DNA of 64,000 nt from positions 13,395 through 77,394 of the forward strand of contig CAWHYC010000005.1 in the NCBI GenBank assembly GCA_963833535.1, in the 5' to 3' direction. A program made the translations under genes and the position numbers. Below, piece after piece: positions 28,299-37,419 of this stretch. The first letter of the stretch is position 1. Each line of letters begins with the position of its first letter. Under the pieces are notes generated by a model. It was given only the letters and a program-made list of their open reading frames with translations. It made no database searches and was not told where the DNA came from. The stretch comes from an uncultured Chloroflexia bacterium (GTDB lineage: Bacteria > Chloroflexota > Limnocylindria > Limnocylindrales > CSP1-4).

Positions 28299-29555
28299 TC
28301 ATAGCCGAGCCAGGCCGAGCACCTCGTCGGTGTGCTCGCCGAGGAGCGGTGGCGGGGTGCGCACGGATGCGGGCGTGACAGCCAGCTTGAAGGGCACGCC
28401 CGTGACACGGACCGGACCGATGGTCGGGTGCTCGACCGTCTCGACCATCCGACGCGCCAGGACCTGTGGGTCGCTGAAGACGGCAGCCAGGTCGTTGATC
28501 GGGCCGCTCGGCACCTCGGCGGCGTCGAGCCTGGCCAACCACGACGCCGAGGGCGCCGAGGCGAAGATGGCGGCGAGGATCTCGCGCAGCTCAGTTCGGT
28601 GGGCGAGGCGGGCAGCGTTGTCGGCGAAGCGCGGATCGTCGGCCAGGGTGCGACGCTCGATGGCGTCGCACAACCGCTGCCACTGCCGCTCGGAGCCGAC
28701 CGCGACGGCGATCACGCCATCGGCGGTCGGAAACGTCTCGTAGGGCGTGATGTTGGGGTGCAGGTTGCCCATGCGGCCCGGCACGGTGCCCCCGACGAGG
28801 TGGTTGGAGGCCTGGTTGGCGAGCCAGGCGACCGTCGATTCGAGGAGGCTGAGGTCGATGCGCTGGCCGCGGCCGTGCGTCGGCGAACCTGGCCGATCCC
28901 GGCCGCTGACGGCCGCCAGGACCGCGACCGCCCCGAGCATGCCGGTCGTCAGGTCGCTGATGGCGACGCCGACCTTGGTCGGCTCACCGCCGGCCGCATC
29001 CGACTCGCCGGTGATCGACATCAGACCGGCCGCGGCCTGGATGATGAAGTCGTAGCCAGGTCGGTCGGCGAGTGGACCATCGGGACCGTAGCCGCAGATG
29101 GCCAGGTGGACGAGCCGCGGATTGAGGCTCTCCAGCTCGTCGTCGGGGAAGCCCAGCCGCGCCAGGCCGCCGACCCGGAAGTTCTCGACCAGGACGTCGC
29201 TCCGCGCGAGCAGCCGCGCCAGCACCTCGCGGCCCTGGGCCTGCTTGAGGTCAAGGCGGAGGCCGCGCTTGTTCCGGTTGATGGCCAGGTAATAGGCCGA
29301 CTCCCCGGCGTAGGCCGGGTCCGTGCGCGGATCGCCGGCCGGATACACAGCGCCCGGCTCGGGGGCACCGGCGAAGGGCGGTCCCCAAGCGCGCGTGCCA
29401 TCGCCGTCGGGCGGCTCGACCTTGATCACGTCGGCACCGAGGTCGGCCAGCAGCATCGTGCAGTAGGGCCCCGCCAGGACGGTCGAGAGGTCGCAGACCG
29501 TGAGACCCGAGAGCGGACCCGCCGTTGGCGCGGCTGGCGATCGATCTTCGATCAT
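28299..29555 (-). CDS. Family III CoA-transferase (CaiB/BaiF)
   Basis: 418-aa reading from MIEDRSP. LSGLTVCDLSTVLAGPYCTMLLADLGADVIKVE is typical of the family. Its ATG overlaps the upstream stop (ATGA). Confidence 0.85.
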   Translation of the reverse strand: MIEDRSPAAPTAGPLSGLTVCDLSTVLAGPYCTMLLADLGADVIKVEPPDGDGTRAWGPPFAGAPEPGAVYPAGDPRTDPAYAGESAYYLAINRNKRGLRLDLKQAQGREVLARLLARSDVLVENFRVGGLARLGFPDDELESLNPRLVHLAICGYGPDGPLADRPGYDFIIQAAAGLMSITGESDAAGGEPTKVGVAISDLTTGMLGAVAVLAAVSGRDRPGSPTHGRGQRIDLSLLESTVAWLANQASNHLVGGTVPGRMGNLHPNITPYETFPTADGVIAVAVGSERQWQRLCDAIERRTLADDPRFADNAARLAHRTELREILAAIFASAPSASWLARLDAAEVPSGPINDLAAVFSDPQVLARRMVETVEHPTIGPVRVTGVPFKLAVTPASVRTPPPLLGEHTDEVLGLARL

Positions 29556-30589
29556 GACCGTCGTCCGGCGCTCACTGCCGACCCCGCCGCACGGAGCGTC
29601 TTGACACTGATGGCCAGCCGCCTGACGGGAGAGAAGCCGAGCCGCTCGTAGAGTCGGAGCGCCCCGGTCAGGCTCTCGGTGTCGACGTCCAGCCCGGCTG
29701 TCCCGAAGCCGGCTGCGCGTGCCAGCTCCATCGCACGCGTGATGGCCGCGGTCCCGACGCCCCGGCCGCGGTGATCCCTTCGGACCCCGAGGCGGGCCAG
29801 CCAGGCCACGAGCTGTCCCTCGTCGTCGGTGATCGCCCCGTAGGCCGCCATCATCACGTAGGCGACGACCCGCCCGGCGTGCTCGACACCGACCGTGAGG
29901 TCCGGTCGAAAGCCGTCGTCGTCGGCGTACTCGTGGCGCCACGCTTCCGGCGCCCACGGAGCCGACCCCCAGTGGTCTCGGAACGCGTCGACGTCGGCGG
30001 CGTGGAAGTCGGCGTCGCGCTCCCGCGTCCAGGCGATGAAGCGATAGCCCGCAGCCAGCGGCGCCGGCTCGAGCGGCACCGTAAGCGATCGGAACATGTC
30101 GCTGTACCAGCGGGCGATGGCGTAGCCGCAGTGCTCCTGGAGTCGCCCCCGGCTCTCGGCCGAGGCCGCGGAGTGGACGGTCAGCACATCCGGGAGGTCG
30201 CGGCGTGCGCCAGCGGCCGCCGCGAGGACATCTCGCCCACGGCCTTCCGCCCAGTGCAACAATGCCCGACCGTGACCGCGTTCCCGTGACGCTGGATCGA
30301 CGGAGCCATGGACGTGGATGCGGTTCCACATCGTGCCCCCGAGTCGCGGTTCGAGCCAGCACCAGCCGATGAGCTGGCCCGTCGGATCCTCGATGGCGAT
30401 GCTCGTCTGCCGCAGGTCCTGGCCGGGCGTCAAGAGCATCGACGTCAGCTCGTCGAGGGTGGTGGGGAATCGCTCCCCGTCGGCGGCATCGGCGGCCTGC
30501 TCGAGTCGGGCGATGTCAGGCAGATCGGCGATGTAGATCGGGCGCCAGCTGGGCGGGAAGACCGGCGGCAGTGCATCGGCCGTGGCCAC
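29552..30589 (-). CDS. GNAT-family N-acetyltransferase with two GNAT-like halves (mycothiol-synthase-like architecture)
   Basis: 345-aa ORF with acetyl-CoA motifs VDPASRERGHGRAL and VRRDHRGRGVGTA in the two halves. Confidence 0.6.
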   Translation of the reverse strand: MATADALPPVFPPSWRPIYIADLPDIARLEQAADAADGERFPTTLDELTSMLLTPGQDLRQTSIAIEDPTGQLIGWCWLEPRLGGTMWNRIHVHGSVDPASRERGHGRALLHWAEGRGRDVLAAAAGARRDLPDVLTVHSAASAESRGRLQEHCGYAIARWYSDMFRSLTVPLEPAPLAAGYRFIAWTRERDADFHAADVDAFRDHWGSAPWAPEAWRHEYADDDGFRPDLTVGVEHAGRVVAYVMMAAYGAITDDEGQLVAWLARLGVRRDHRGRGVGTAAITRAMELARAAGFGTAGLDVDTESLTGALRLYERLGFSPVRRLAISVKTLRAAGSAVSAGRRS

Positions 30590-30611
30590 CGTTCGAGCGC
30601 CAGAAGCCGTG

Positions 30612-32087
30612 TCAGCGCTCGGTGGGTGTCGCCGTCGGCAGCCCTGGCGTCGGAGTCGCCAGGGGGACGGCCTTGTCGAAGACGTCCCGGACGACGGCGC
30701 GGATCTTCTTGACCTCGGCTCGATTGAGGTACGACGGGTAGCGAGGCGGGATGAAGCGGACCTTCTTCATGCCCTTGATGTCGACGGTCTCGGCGAGCTC
30801 GGCAAGGTCGCCCAGGTCACGCGTCTTGAGGTTGGTCCAGAGGTTGTCCTTGGCGATCTCGAGCAGCTCCGGCAGGCGGACGATGATCGGCTCTTTGAGG
30901 AGCTGCTTGCCGAGCGCGGTGAGGACGATCTGCTGGCGCTCCATGCGCCCATAGTCGGAGTCCATGTGCCGGGATCGCGCGTACATCAGTGCCCGGTGGC
31001 CATTCATGTGCTGCGCGCCCTTCTTGATCGAGACCACCACATAGCCCTTGCCGTTCTCGAGCGGGTACTTGTGGTCGTAAACGGCCTCCGGGACCTTGAT
31101 GTCCAGGCCGCCGATGGCGTCGATGAGCTTGACGAAGCCGTTCAGCTTGACGACGACCATGCCGTCCAGCTTGCGGCCGATGAGCTCGCCGATGGTCATC
31201 TGGACGGCGCGCAGACCGCGCACGTCGTCGTTGCCCGGGAACGCCCGGGGATGGCTGGAGGCATAGACGTACAGCCCATTGATCAGCTGATCGAAGCAGT
31301 GGCATGGCCGTGCGCTTTGGCTCTCCTTGGGCAGCGGCACGTTGACCATGTTGCGGGGGATGGAGAAGAGCGCCGCTTCCCCGCTCTTGACGTCGACGCT
31401 GAGCACGATGAGCGTGTCGGTCCGCAGGCTCCAGCGACCGGGTCCGGCGTCGCCGCCGACCAGCAACACGTCGAGCCGACCGTCGGTCAGGGGACCGGGA
31501 CGCGGTGTCGGCGAAGGCGTCGGCGTGGGCTCGGGCGTCGGTGCAGCGGTCTCGCCGGGGAGCAGGGTCGGTGTGGGGCTGGGGACGTCGGTCGGGTCGG
31601 GGATGTCGCCGAAACCGTCGTCGCCCTCGACGTCGCCGCCGTCGGGCGACGAGAAGACCGCCGCAAAGGTGTCGTGGACGGCCATCACCTGCGCGCCGAC
31701 GACGTAGTGCGTGGCTCCCGTGATGGCGAGCAGCGCGACGACGGCGATCGTGGACAGGATCGTGTGCGGGACTTTCGAGCCGCCGCCCCACCAGGCGTCG
31801 AGGATGGCCGCCGCGCGCCAGATGAAGAGGAGGACGTCGAGGATGGCGACGCCCATCAGGACGTTCGGTTGGACGAGGAAACCCAGCAGCTGGGCGCGAT
31901 CACCGTTGGCGACCACGATGCCGATCAGGACGGCGAGCAGGAATGGGGCCAGGAAGAAGAGGCCGACCCGGATGCGGCCCTCGAGCAGCTGGCCGGTTCC
32001 GGGGATGAGGAACGAAAGGAACGCCCCGAGCGTGCGCGAGCGGCGCAGCGGCGGGCGGGGCGGCGCAGGTCGGTGTGCTTGTTCCAT
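30612..32087 (-). CDS. LCP (LytR-CpsA-Psr) family protein
   Basis: 491-aa ORF with an N-terminal TM region, a Pro/Thr linker and the LCP core DVLLVGGDAGPGRWSLRTDTLIVLSVD...FSIPRN. Confidence 0.8.
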   Translation of the reverse strand: MEQAHRPAPPRPPLRRSRTLGAFLSFLIPGTGQLLEGRIRVGLFFLAPFLLAVLIGIVVANGDRAQLLGFLVQPNVLMGVAILDVLLFIWRAAAILDAWWGGGSKVPHTILSTIAVVALLAITGATHYVVGAQVMAVHDTFAAVFSSPDGGDVEGDDGFGDIPDPTDVPSPTPTLLPGETAAPTPEPTPTPSPTPRPGPLTDGRLDVLLVGGDAGPGRWSLRTDTLIVLSVDVKSGEAALFSIPRNMVNVPLPKESQSARPCHCFDQLINGLYVYASSHPRAFPGNDDVRGLRAVQMTIGELIGRKLDGMVVVKLNGFVKLIDAIGGLDIKVPEAVYDHKYPLENGKGYVVVSIKKGAQHMNGHRALMYARSRHMDSDYGRMERQQIVLTALGKQLLKEPIIVRLPELLEIAKDNLWTNLKTRDLGDLAELAETVDIKGMKKVRFIPPRYPSYLNRAEVKKIRAVVRDVFDKAVPLATPTPGLPTATPTER

Positions 32088-32337
32088 CGGGTGGTTGGAC
32101 GCGTCGGCCGCGCGCCTGTGGCGGTTCCCCCGTCAGTTCGAGAAGGTGGACCTGAGCTGATCGCGGTCCACAGCGAGGTCAAGCATACCCGCACCGATGA
32201 GGATGCCGCCGGATCCGACGTCGACGGCCGGTGGCACGCGGTGAACCTCGCGGCTGGGCTGGTCGGCCGCGTGACGCCCCACCGTGTGAGGCGAGGCCAT
32301 CTTGGGGCCGCCCGAGGCTGTGCGACGTGCGTCCACC

Positions 32338-32343
32338 TATCAT
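32338..32343 (+). promoter_or_regulatory. -10 box (TATCAT) of a leaderless gene
   Basis: TATCAT, then 6 nt, then ATG 32350. Confidence 0.4.
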
Positions 32344-32349
32344 GCGTCC

Positions 32350-33258
32350 ATGACGCGTCCCCTGACCCTTCTGACGGTCCACGCCCACCCCGATGACGAG
32401 AGCATCAGCACCGGCGGCGTCATGGCTCGCTACCGTGCCGAGGGCCTTCGCGTGGTCTGCCTGACCTCCAACCTCGGCGAGCACGGCGAGATCGTCGTGC
32501 CCGAGCTGGACACGCCGGAGAACCACACGCGCCTGGCGGAGATCCGCGGCCAGGAGCTGGCCGAGGCCCTGCGACGGCTCGGTGGCATCGAGAGCCGGCT
32601 GCTGGGCTACGAGGACTCCGGGATGATGGGCACGCCCGACAACGACGACCCGGCATCCTTCTGGCAGGCGGATCTCGATGAAGCCATCGGGCGGACCGTG
32701 CGCGTCGTCCGTGAGGTCCAGCCCGACGTGATCGTCGGCTACAACGACTTCGGCGGCTATGGACATCCCGACCATATCCGTGCCGCGCAGGTCGCCAAGG
32801 CCGCCTTCGAGCGAGCCGGCGACCCGACCGCCTACCCCGAGCACCTCGCGACGGGACCGGCGCCCTGGTCGCCGGCCAAGCTCTACGAGTCGGTGCTTTC
32901 GTTCAGCGGGCGCGAGCAGTTCGCGGAGCGACTCGCGGAGCGGGGCATCAAGGCCTGGTGGCTTCCGGATGAGGAGGCCAGCGAGGAGGAGCGCATCGAG
33001 CGTGCTGCGTTCGCGGAACGCATGGCCGCCGCCAGCGGGCCGGTCACCACGCACATCGACGTCCGACCCTATCTCGCGGCCAAGCGGGCCGCGCTCGAGG
33101 CGCACGTGACGCAGATCCAACACGACGGCCTGTTCCTCGGCCTGACGCTTGAGGACTGGCAGGAGCTGATGCCCGACGAGCAGTTCAGCCTCCGTGCCGC
33201 CCGCGGCGTGGCCGACGTGCGATTGCCCGAGGACGATCTCTTCGCCGGCCTGCGCTGA
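32350..33258 (+). CDS. PIG-L/LmbE-family deacetylase (Mca/MshB-like)
   Basis: 302-aa reading from MTRPLTLLTVHAHPDDESI with GYGHPDHI, the hallmark motifs of LmbE-like zinc deacetylases/amidases. Confidence 0.75.
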   Translation: MTRPLTLLTVHAHPDDESISTGGVMARYRAEGLRVVCLTSNLGEHGEIVVPELDTPENHTRLAEIRGQELAEALRRLGGIESRLLGYEDSGMMGTPDNDDPASFWQADLDEAIGRTVRVVREVQPDVIVGYNDFGGYGHPDHIRAAQVAKAAFERAGDPTAYPEHLATGPAPWSPAKLYESVLSFSGREQFAERLAERGIKAWWLPDEEASEEERIERAAFAERMAAASGPVTTHIDVRPYLAAKRAALEAHVTQIQHDGLFLGLTLEDWQELMPDEQFSLRAARGVADVRLPEDDLFAGLR

Positions 33259-33281
33259 CCGGGGCTTCACGAGGGCAGGAA

Positions 33282-34982
33282 CTAGTAGGGCCAGAGCTTC
33301 TTGGAGGCGTCGCGGATCTGCTTGAGGACCGCGGCGCCATCACCGGCCGGGTCCATGAAGTTGGGCTGCGCCTTGTCCAGGATGAGATGCGGGCGCATAC
33401 GGATCTGGCGCAGCGTCTCGCCCTCGAAGGTCAGTTCCAGCGTGATGCCCTCCATCGTCTTCGTCGACCAGGTCTGGTCGAAGACGAGGTTGCCCAGGGC
33501 GTACCAGACCGGGACGTCGCCGATGGCCTCCATGGCCGCCGCCCAGTGTGGGTGGTTGCCGATCACGAGGTCGGCGCCGGCCTTCGCCCAGGCCTTGGCC
33601 AACGTGCGCTGGCTGTCGCTCGGCTTCGCCCGATACTCGATGCCCCAGTGCGGGAAGACGATGACCACATCGGCGCTCTGGCGGGCCTTCTTGATGTCGT
33701 TGACGAGGGTCGTCCGATCGCACTTGCGAGAGCCGATCGCCGAGCCCCTGGTCCAGTACGAGTGCGCGATGGCGTCGCAGCCGAAGATGGCGACGGTCAC
33801 ACCGTGCGTCTCGAGGATGGCCGGTTTGCGCGCGTTGGCGAAACCCTTGCCGGCACCGGTCGAGGCGATGCCGCGGGCCTTGAGGGCCTTGACCGTCTCC
33901 ATGATCCCGTCGCTGCCGGCGTCCTTGATGTGATTGTTGGCGACGGAGACGACATCGAAGCCGGCCGTCTCGACGCCGTCGAGGAGCTTCGGATCTCCGG
34001 AGAAGACGGTGCCCCTGGAGTGATACACGAACTGGTTGTCGACCGGGCTCTCGAGGTTGGCCAGGGCGATGTCCGCCGCTGCAAGGTACTTGCGGAAGGC
34101 GCCACCCTTGCTGTCGCGCTGCGTGACCGGCGTCTTGGTGCCGTAGGTGGCGTTGCAGCATGTCTCGCGCACGATCGAGGCGCTGCCCCCGTCGTACGGG
34201 AAGTCGACGCCCGCCTTCTTGTTGCGCACCGCCAGCGCGACGCCGCGATCGAGCAGGATGTCGCCACCGGCCACGAGCGTCCAGGTCCGGGCCTGGTCCC
34301 AGGCGACCGGATCCTCGACCTCGCCGCGCAGCGGCCAGGTATCGAGGGAGTCGGTGCGCGAGATGCCGAACAGCTGCAGCTTGCCGATGCCCAGCGCGCG
34401 GACACCCGGCGTTACGTCAGACGCACGCAGGAGACCGAGCGAGCCCGCCTTGACCGCCGCCTTGACCTCATCCGGTGTCCCGCGCTTGACGGAGCCGGCG
34501 ACGGTCACGCCGAGCGCATCCTCGATCGCCTTCACGTCGTCGATCGGCACGATGACGTTCTTGTACTTGACGCTGCCGCCCCCCAGCGCCGCGGCCAGGG
34601 TCTGCTCGGAGATGGTGTTGATCGTCGACCAGAAGCCGATGACTGGGACCCACGCCACCTCGCCCGGGGGCAGCGCCTCGGGCGAGGCCTCGGCGCCGGG
34701 GTCGCTTGAGGCAGCCGGCCCGCTCGATGACGTGGGACCACCGGCTGTGATGGTGGCCCCGCTGGCGGACGGCGAGGCCGCACCCGCGAGGTCGGGGATC
34801 GTCGGTTGATTGGCCCCGTTGACGACGGCACCGACGACGAAGGCGCCGGAGGCGACGATGACCAGCACGAGCGCGGCGAGACCGAGGATGCGGCGTGCGC
34901 TGGGGGCCTGGCGCTCGAAGGTCGGCTCGCGGCGGCGGGACGCCTGACGCTGCGAGCTCGGACCACGAAAGTCGCGGGTCAC
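33282..34982 (-). CDS. CapA-family (PGA_cap metallophosphatase-like) protein, membrane anchored
   Basis: 566-aa ORF with an N-terminal TM segment and a CapA core (LVAGGDILLDRG, ALANLESP, VSVANNHIKDAGSDG, FPHWGIEY). Confidence 0.75.
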   Translation of the reverse strand: MTRDFRGPSSQRQASRRREPTFERQAPSARRILGLAALVLVIVASGAFVVGAVVNGANQPTIPDLAGAASPSASGATITAGGPTSSSGPAASSDPGAEASPEALPPGEVAWVPVIGFWSTINTISEQTLAAALGGGSVKYKNVIVPIDDVKAIEDALGVTVAGSVKRGTPDEVKAAVKAGSLGLLRASDVTPGVRALGIGKLQLFGISRTDSLDTWPLRGEVEDPVAWDQARTWTLVAGGDILLDRGVALAVRNKKAGVDFPYDGGSASIVRETCCNATYGTKTPVTQRDSKGGAFRKYLAAADIALANLESPVDNQFVYHSRGTVFSGDPKLLDGVETAGFDVVSVANNHIKDAGSDGIMETVKALKARGIASTGAGKGFANARKPAILETHGVTVAIFGCDAIAHSYWTRGSAIGSRKCDRTTLVNDIKKARQSADVVIVFPHWGIEYRAKPSDSQRTLAKAWAKAGADLVIGNHPHWAAAMEAIGDVPVWYALGNLVFDQTWSTKTMEGITLELTFEGETLRQIRMRPHLILDKAQPNFMDPAGDGAAVLKQIRDASKKLWPY

Positions 34983-35078
34983 GCGGCGGATTGTGACATC
35001 CCATCCCGGATGAGGTGCGTCGCGGCACCGAACGACCGCGCTCAGCGAGCGGCGGCAGTGGGGCGAAGGGGGGAACCT

Positions 35079-35155
35079 TGGCGGACCCGACCGGATTCGA
35101 ACCGGCGATCTCCAGCGTGACAGGCTGGCATGTTGGGCCGCTACACCACGGGTCC
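35079..35155 (-). tRNA. tRNA-Asp (GTC)
   Basis: The reverse complement GGACCCGTGGTGTAGCGGCCCAACATGCCAGCCTGTCACGCTGGAGATCGCCGGTTCGAATCCGGTCGGGTCCGCCA folds as a cloverleaf with anticodon loop CTGTCAC and an encoded CCA. Confidence 0.85.
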
Positions 35156-35244
35156 GTGCGGCGAACGCGGATGGTAGCAGGTGCGGCCGGAACCGTCGCC
35201 CACAGCTCGCCTGGAGGGTCGGCTGACCCCTCGCCCCGGCAGGG

Positions 35245-35250
35245 TAGGAT
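35245..35250 (+). promoter_or_regulatory. -10 box (TAGGAT) of a leaderless gene
   Basis: TAGGAT, then 7 nt, then ATG 35258. Confidence 0.4.
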
Positions 35251-35257
35251 GGGCGGG

Positions 35258-36370
35258 ATGTCCGACGGCCGCATCGACCTCCGATCCGACACGGTGACCC
35301 TGCCCAGCCCCGCCATGCGCCGGGCGATGGCCGAGGCCGAGCTGGGCGATGACGTCTTCGGAGACGACCCGACCGTCAATGCCCTCCAGGATCGGGCGGC
35401 GGAGCTGTTGGGCAAGGAAGCTGCCCTCCTCGTGGCCAGCGGCACCATGGGCAACCTGGTGAGCGTCATGGCCCAGGTGCCGCGTGGCGGCCAGGTCATC
35501 GCCGCGGCAGGATCGCACCACGCCGACTGGGAGGCGGGCGGCCACGCAGTCGTCGTCGGCGCTTCGTTGCGAGCGCTCGAGCCACGCGCCGATGGGACGC
35601 TGGACCCCGACGCGATCCGCGAGGCGTGGCGGGGCGCCGGCGACGCGCACTTCGCGGCCACCAGCCTGCTCGTCATCGAGAACACCAACGGGCGTCGGGG
35701 TGGGCAGCCGATCACGACCGCCTACATCGCCGAGGTCGCGGCGCTGGCCCATGAGCGCGGTGTGCCGGTCCACGTCGATGGCGCACGCCTGTTCAACGCG
35801 GCCGTCGCGTTGGCGACCCGGGCGGCCGACCTGGTGGCCGACGCCGATACGGTCTCGGTCTGCCTCTCGAAGGGTCTCGCCTGCCCGGTCGGGTCAGTCG
35901 TGGCGGGGCCCCGCGACGTCGTCCTTCGCGCGCACCGGGCGCGCAAGCTGCTGGGCGGCGGGATGCGCCAGGCGGGCGTCCTGGCGGCAGCCGGGCTGGT
36001 CGCCCTGGCCGATGGCCCGCAGGGCATGATCGAGCGTCTGGCCGAGGATCACGCCAACGCCCGTCGGTTGGCGGACGCGTTGGCGGCCATGCCCGGCGTG
36101 ACGGGCCTCGACCCGGCCACGGTGCGCACCAACTTCGTGGTCTTCTCGGTGACCGCCAGCGGCGGCCCGGCCGCCCGCCTGAGCCCGGGCGAGCAGCGTG
36201 CACGGGTGCTCGAGACCCTTGGCGCCGAGGGCGTCCTGATGGTCCCCTTCTCCGATACCACCATCCGCGCGGTGACCCATTACGGCATCGAGGCCGCCGA
36301 TATCGAGCGCACCATCGGCGCCTGCGCACGCGCGCTCGAGGCGTGCGGCATCGCCCCGACCATGGTCTGA
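35258..36370 (+). CDS. ltaE: Low-specificity L-threonine aldolase
   Basis: 370-aa reading from MSDGRIDLRSDTVTLPSPAMRRAM...GDDVFGDDPTVN with the PLP lysine context VSVCLSKGLACPVGS. Confidence 0.8.
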   Translation: MSDGRIDLRSDTVTLPSPAMRRAMAEAELGDDVFGDDPTVNALQDRAAELLGKEAALLVASGTMGNLVSVMAQVPRGGQVIAAAGSHHADWEAGGHAVVVGASLRALEPRADGTLDPDAIREAWRGAGDAHFAATSLLVIENTNGRRGGQPITTAYIAEVAALAHERGVPVHVDGARLFNAAVALATRAADLVADADTVSVCLSKGLACPVGSVVAGPRDVVLRAHRARKLLGGGMRQAGVLAAAGLVALADGPQGMIERLAEDHANARRLADALAAMPGVTGLDPATVRTNFVVFSVTASGGPAARLSPGEQRARVLETLGAEGVLMVPFSDTTIRAVTHYGIEAADIERTIGACARALEACGIAPTMV

Positions 36371-36380
36371 GTCGGAGGTC

Positions 36381-37388
36381 GTGATGACGGGTCGCGGCTC
36401 GGGAGCGCCGCCCGCCAGTGGACGAGGGACCCAGCCGTCCTTTTCAGAGCGCTATGCGCCGCCCAAGCCGCCACGCTGGCGTCGGATCCTGTCGGTCGAG
36501 ACGCTGCAGTCGGTGCTCACCTTCGTGGTCGCGGTCGCGCTGATAGCCGTCATCGGCTACCTGACCTGGGTCTCGATCGAACGCAGCGGCCGCCTGGCGG
36601 ATCCGCCGCCGCGCTCGGGCGTCGCGAACGACGCCAAGCCACCGGATGGCAGCACGGTCATCGAGCTGACCTCGGCCGACGGCACGATGCTCTCGGCCTG
36701 GTCGACGCCGTCGAAGGCCAAGAAGACCAAGACCGCGGTCATCCTGATCCATGACGCCGGCGGCCAGCGAGCCGACCTCGAGCGTCTGGCGACGGCCCTG
36801 CGCGCCGACCACGATGTCATCACCCTCGACCTGCGCGGCCATGGCGCGAGTGCCGACGCCGCCACGACCCTCGGGCCGGCCGAGGCCGACGACGTCCGCG
36901 CCGCCATCGACGCGGTCGTCGACGACGGCGACACTCGGATCGCCCTCGTCGGCGTCGGCCTGGGAGCCTCGGCCGCCCTGGCCGCCGCGAGCGGGGACTC
37001 GCGCGTCGACGGCATCGTCGCCATCGCCCCCTGGCCGCGGGTCGCCGATGCCATCGCGGCCCAACTCGAGGCGGACGACGTGCCGCTCGCCTGGCCTGCC
37101 GACTGGGCCACGCTGGTGGCGATGCTCTTCCGCACCGGTCGCGACGTGACTAGCGCCGACGCACTCGACGCCGTGACCCGCACCGCGGCGCCGATCATGC
37201 TGGTCGCCGGGTCCGACGACCCGCTGCTCCCGCCGACTACACTGCGCACGCTGGAGAGTCTGGCACCCGACCTCACGACGTGGACCGTCAAGGGTGACCG
37301 AGACGACGCGACGGCCGTGGTCACCGATGCCAAAGGCATCGCCCGGATCGTGGACTTCGTCCAGACCACACTCAAGCGCGGCGACTGA
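36381..37388 (+). CDS. Alpha/beta-hydrolase-fold protein, membrane anchored (catalytic triad apparently incomplete)
   Basis: 335-aa ORF with a TM segment, then ILIHDAGG and DLRGHGAS. The nucleophile elbow reads GVGLG rather than GxSxG. Confidence 0.6.
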   Translation: MMTGRGSGAPPASGRGTQPSFSERYAPPKPPRWRRILSVETLQSVLTFVVAVALIAVIGYLTWVSIERSGRLADPPPRSGVANDAKPPDGSTVIELTSADGTMLSAWSTPSKAKKTKTAVILIHDAGGQRADLERLATALRADHDVITLDLRGHGASADAATTLGPAEADDVRAAIDAVVDDGDTRIALVGVGLGASAALAAASGDSRVDGIVAIAPWPRVADAIAAQLEADDVPLAWPADWATLVAMLFRTGRDVTSADALDAVTRTAAPIMLVAGSDDPLLPPTTLRTLESLAPDLTTWTVKGDRDDATAVVTDAKGIARIVDFVQTTLKRGD

Positions 37389-37419
37389 CGACAGCCCCTC
37401 GCCCCGACCAGGAGAGACC

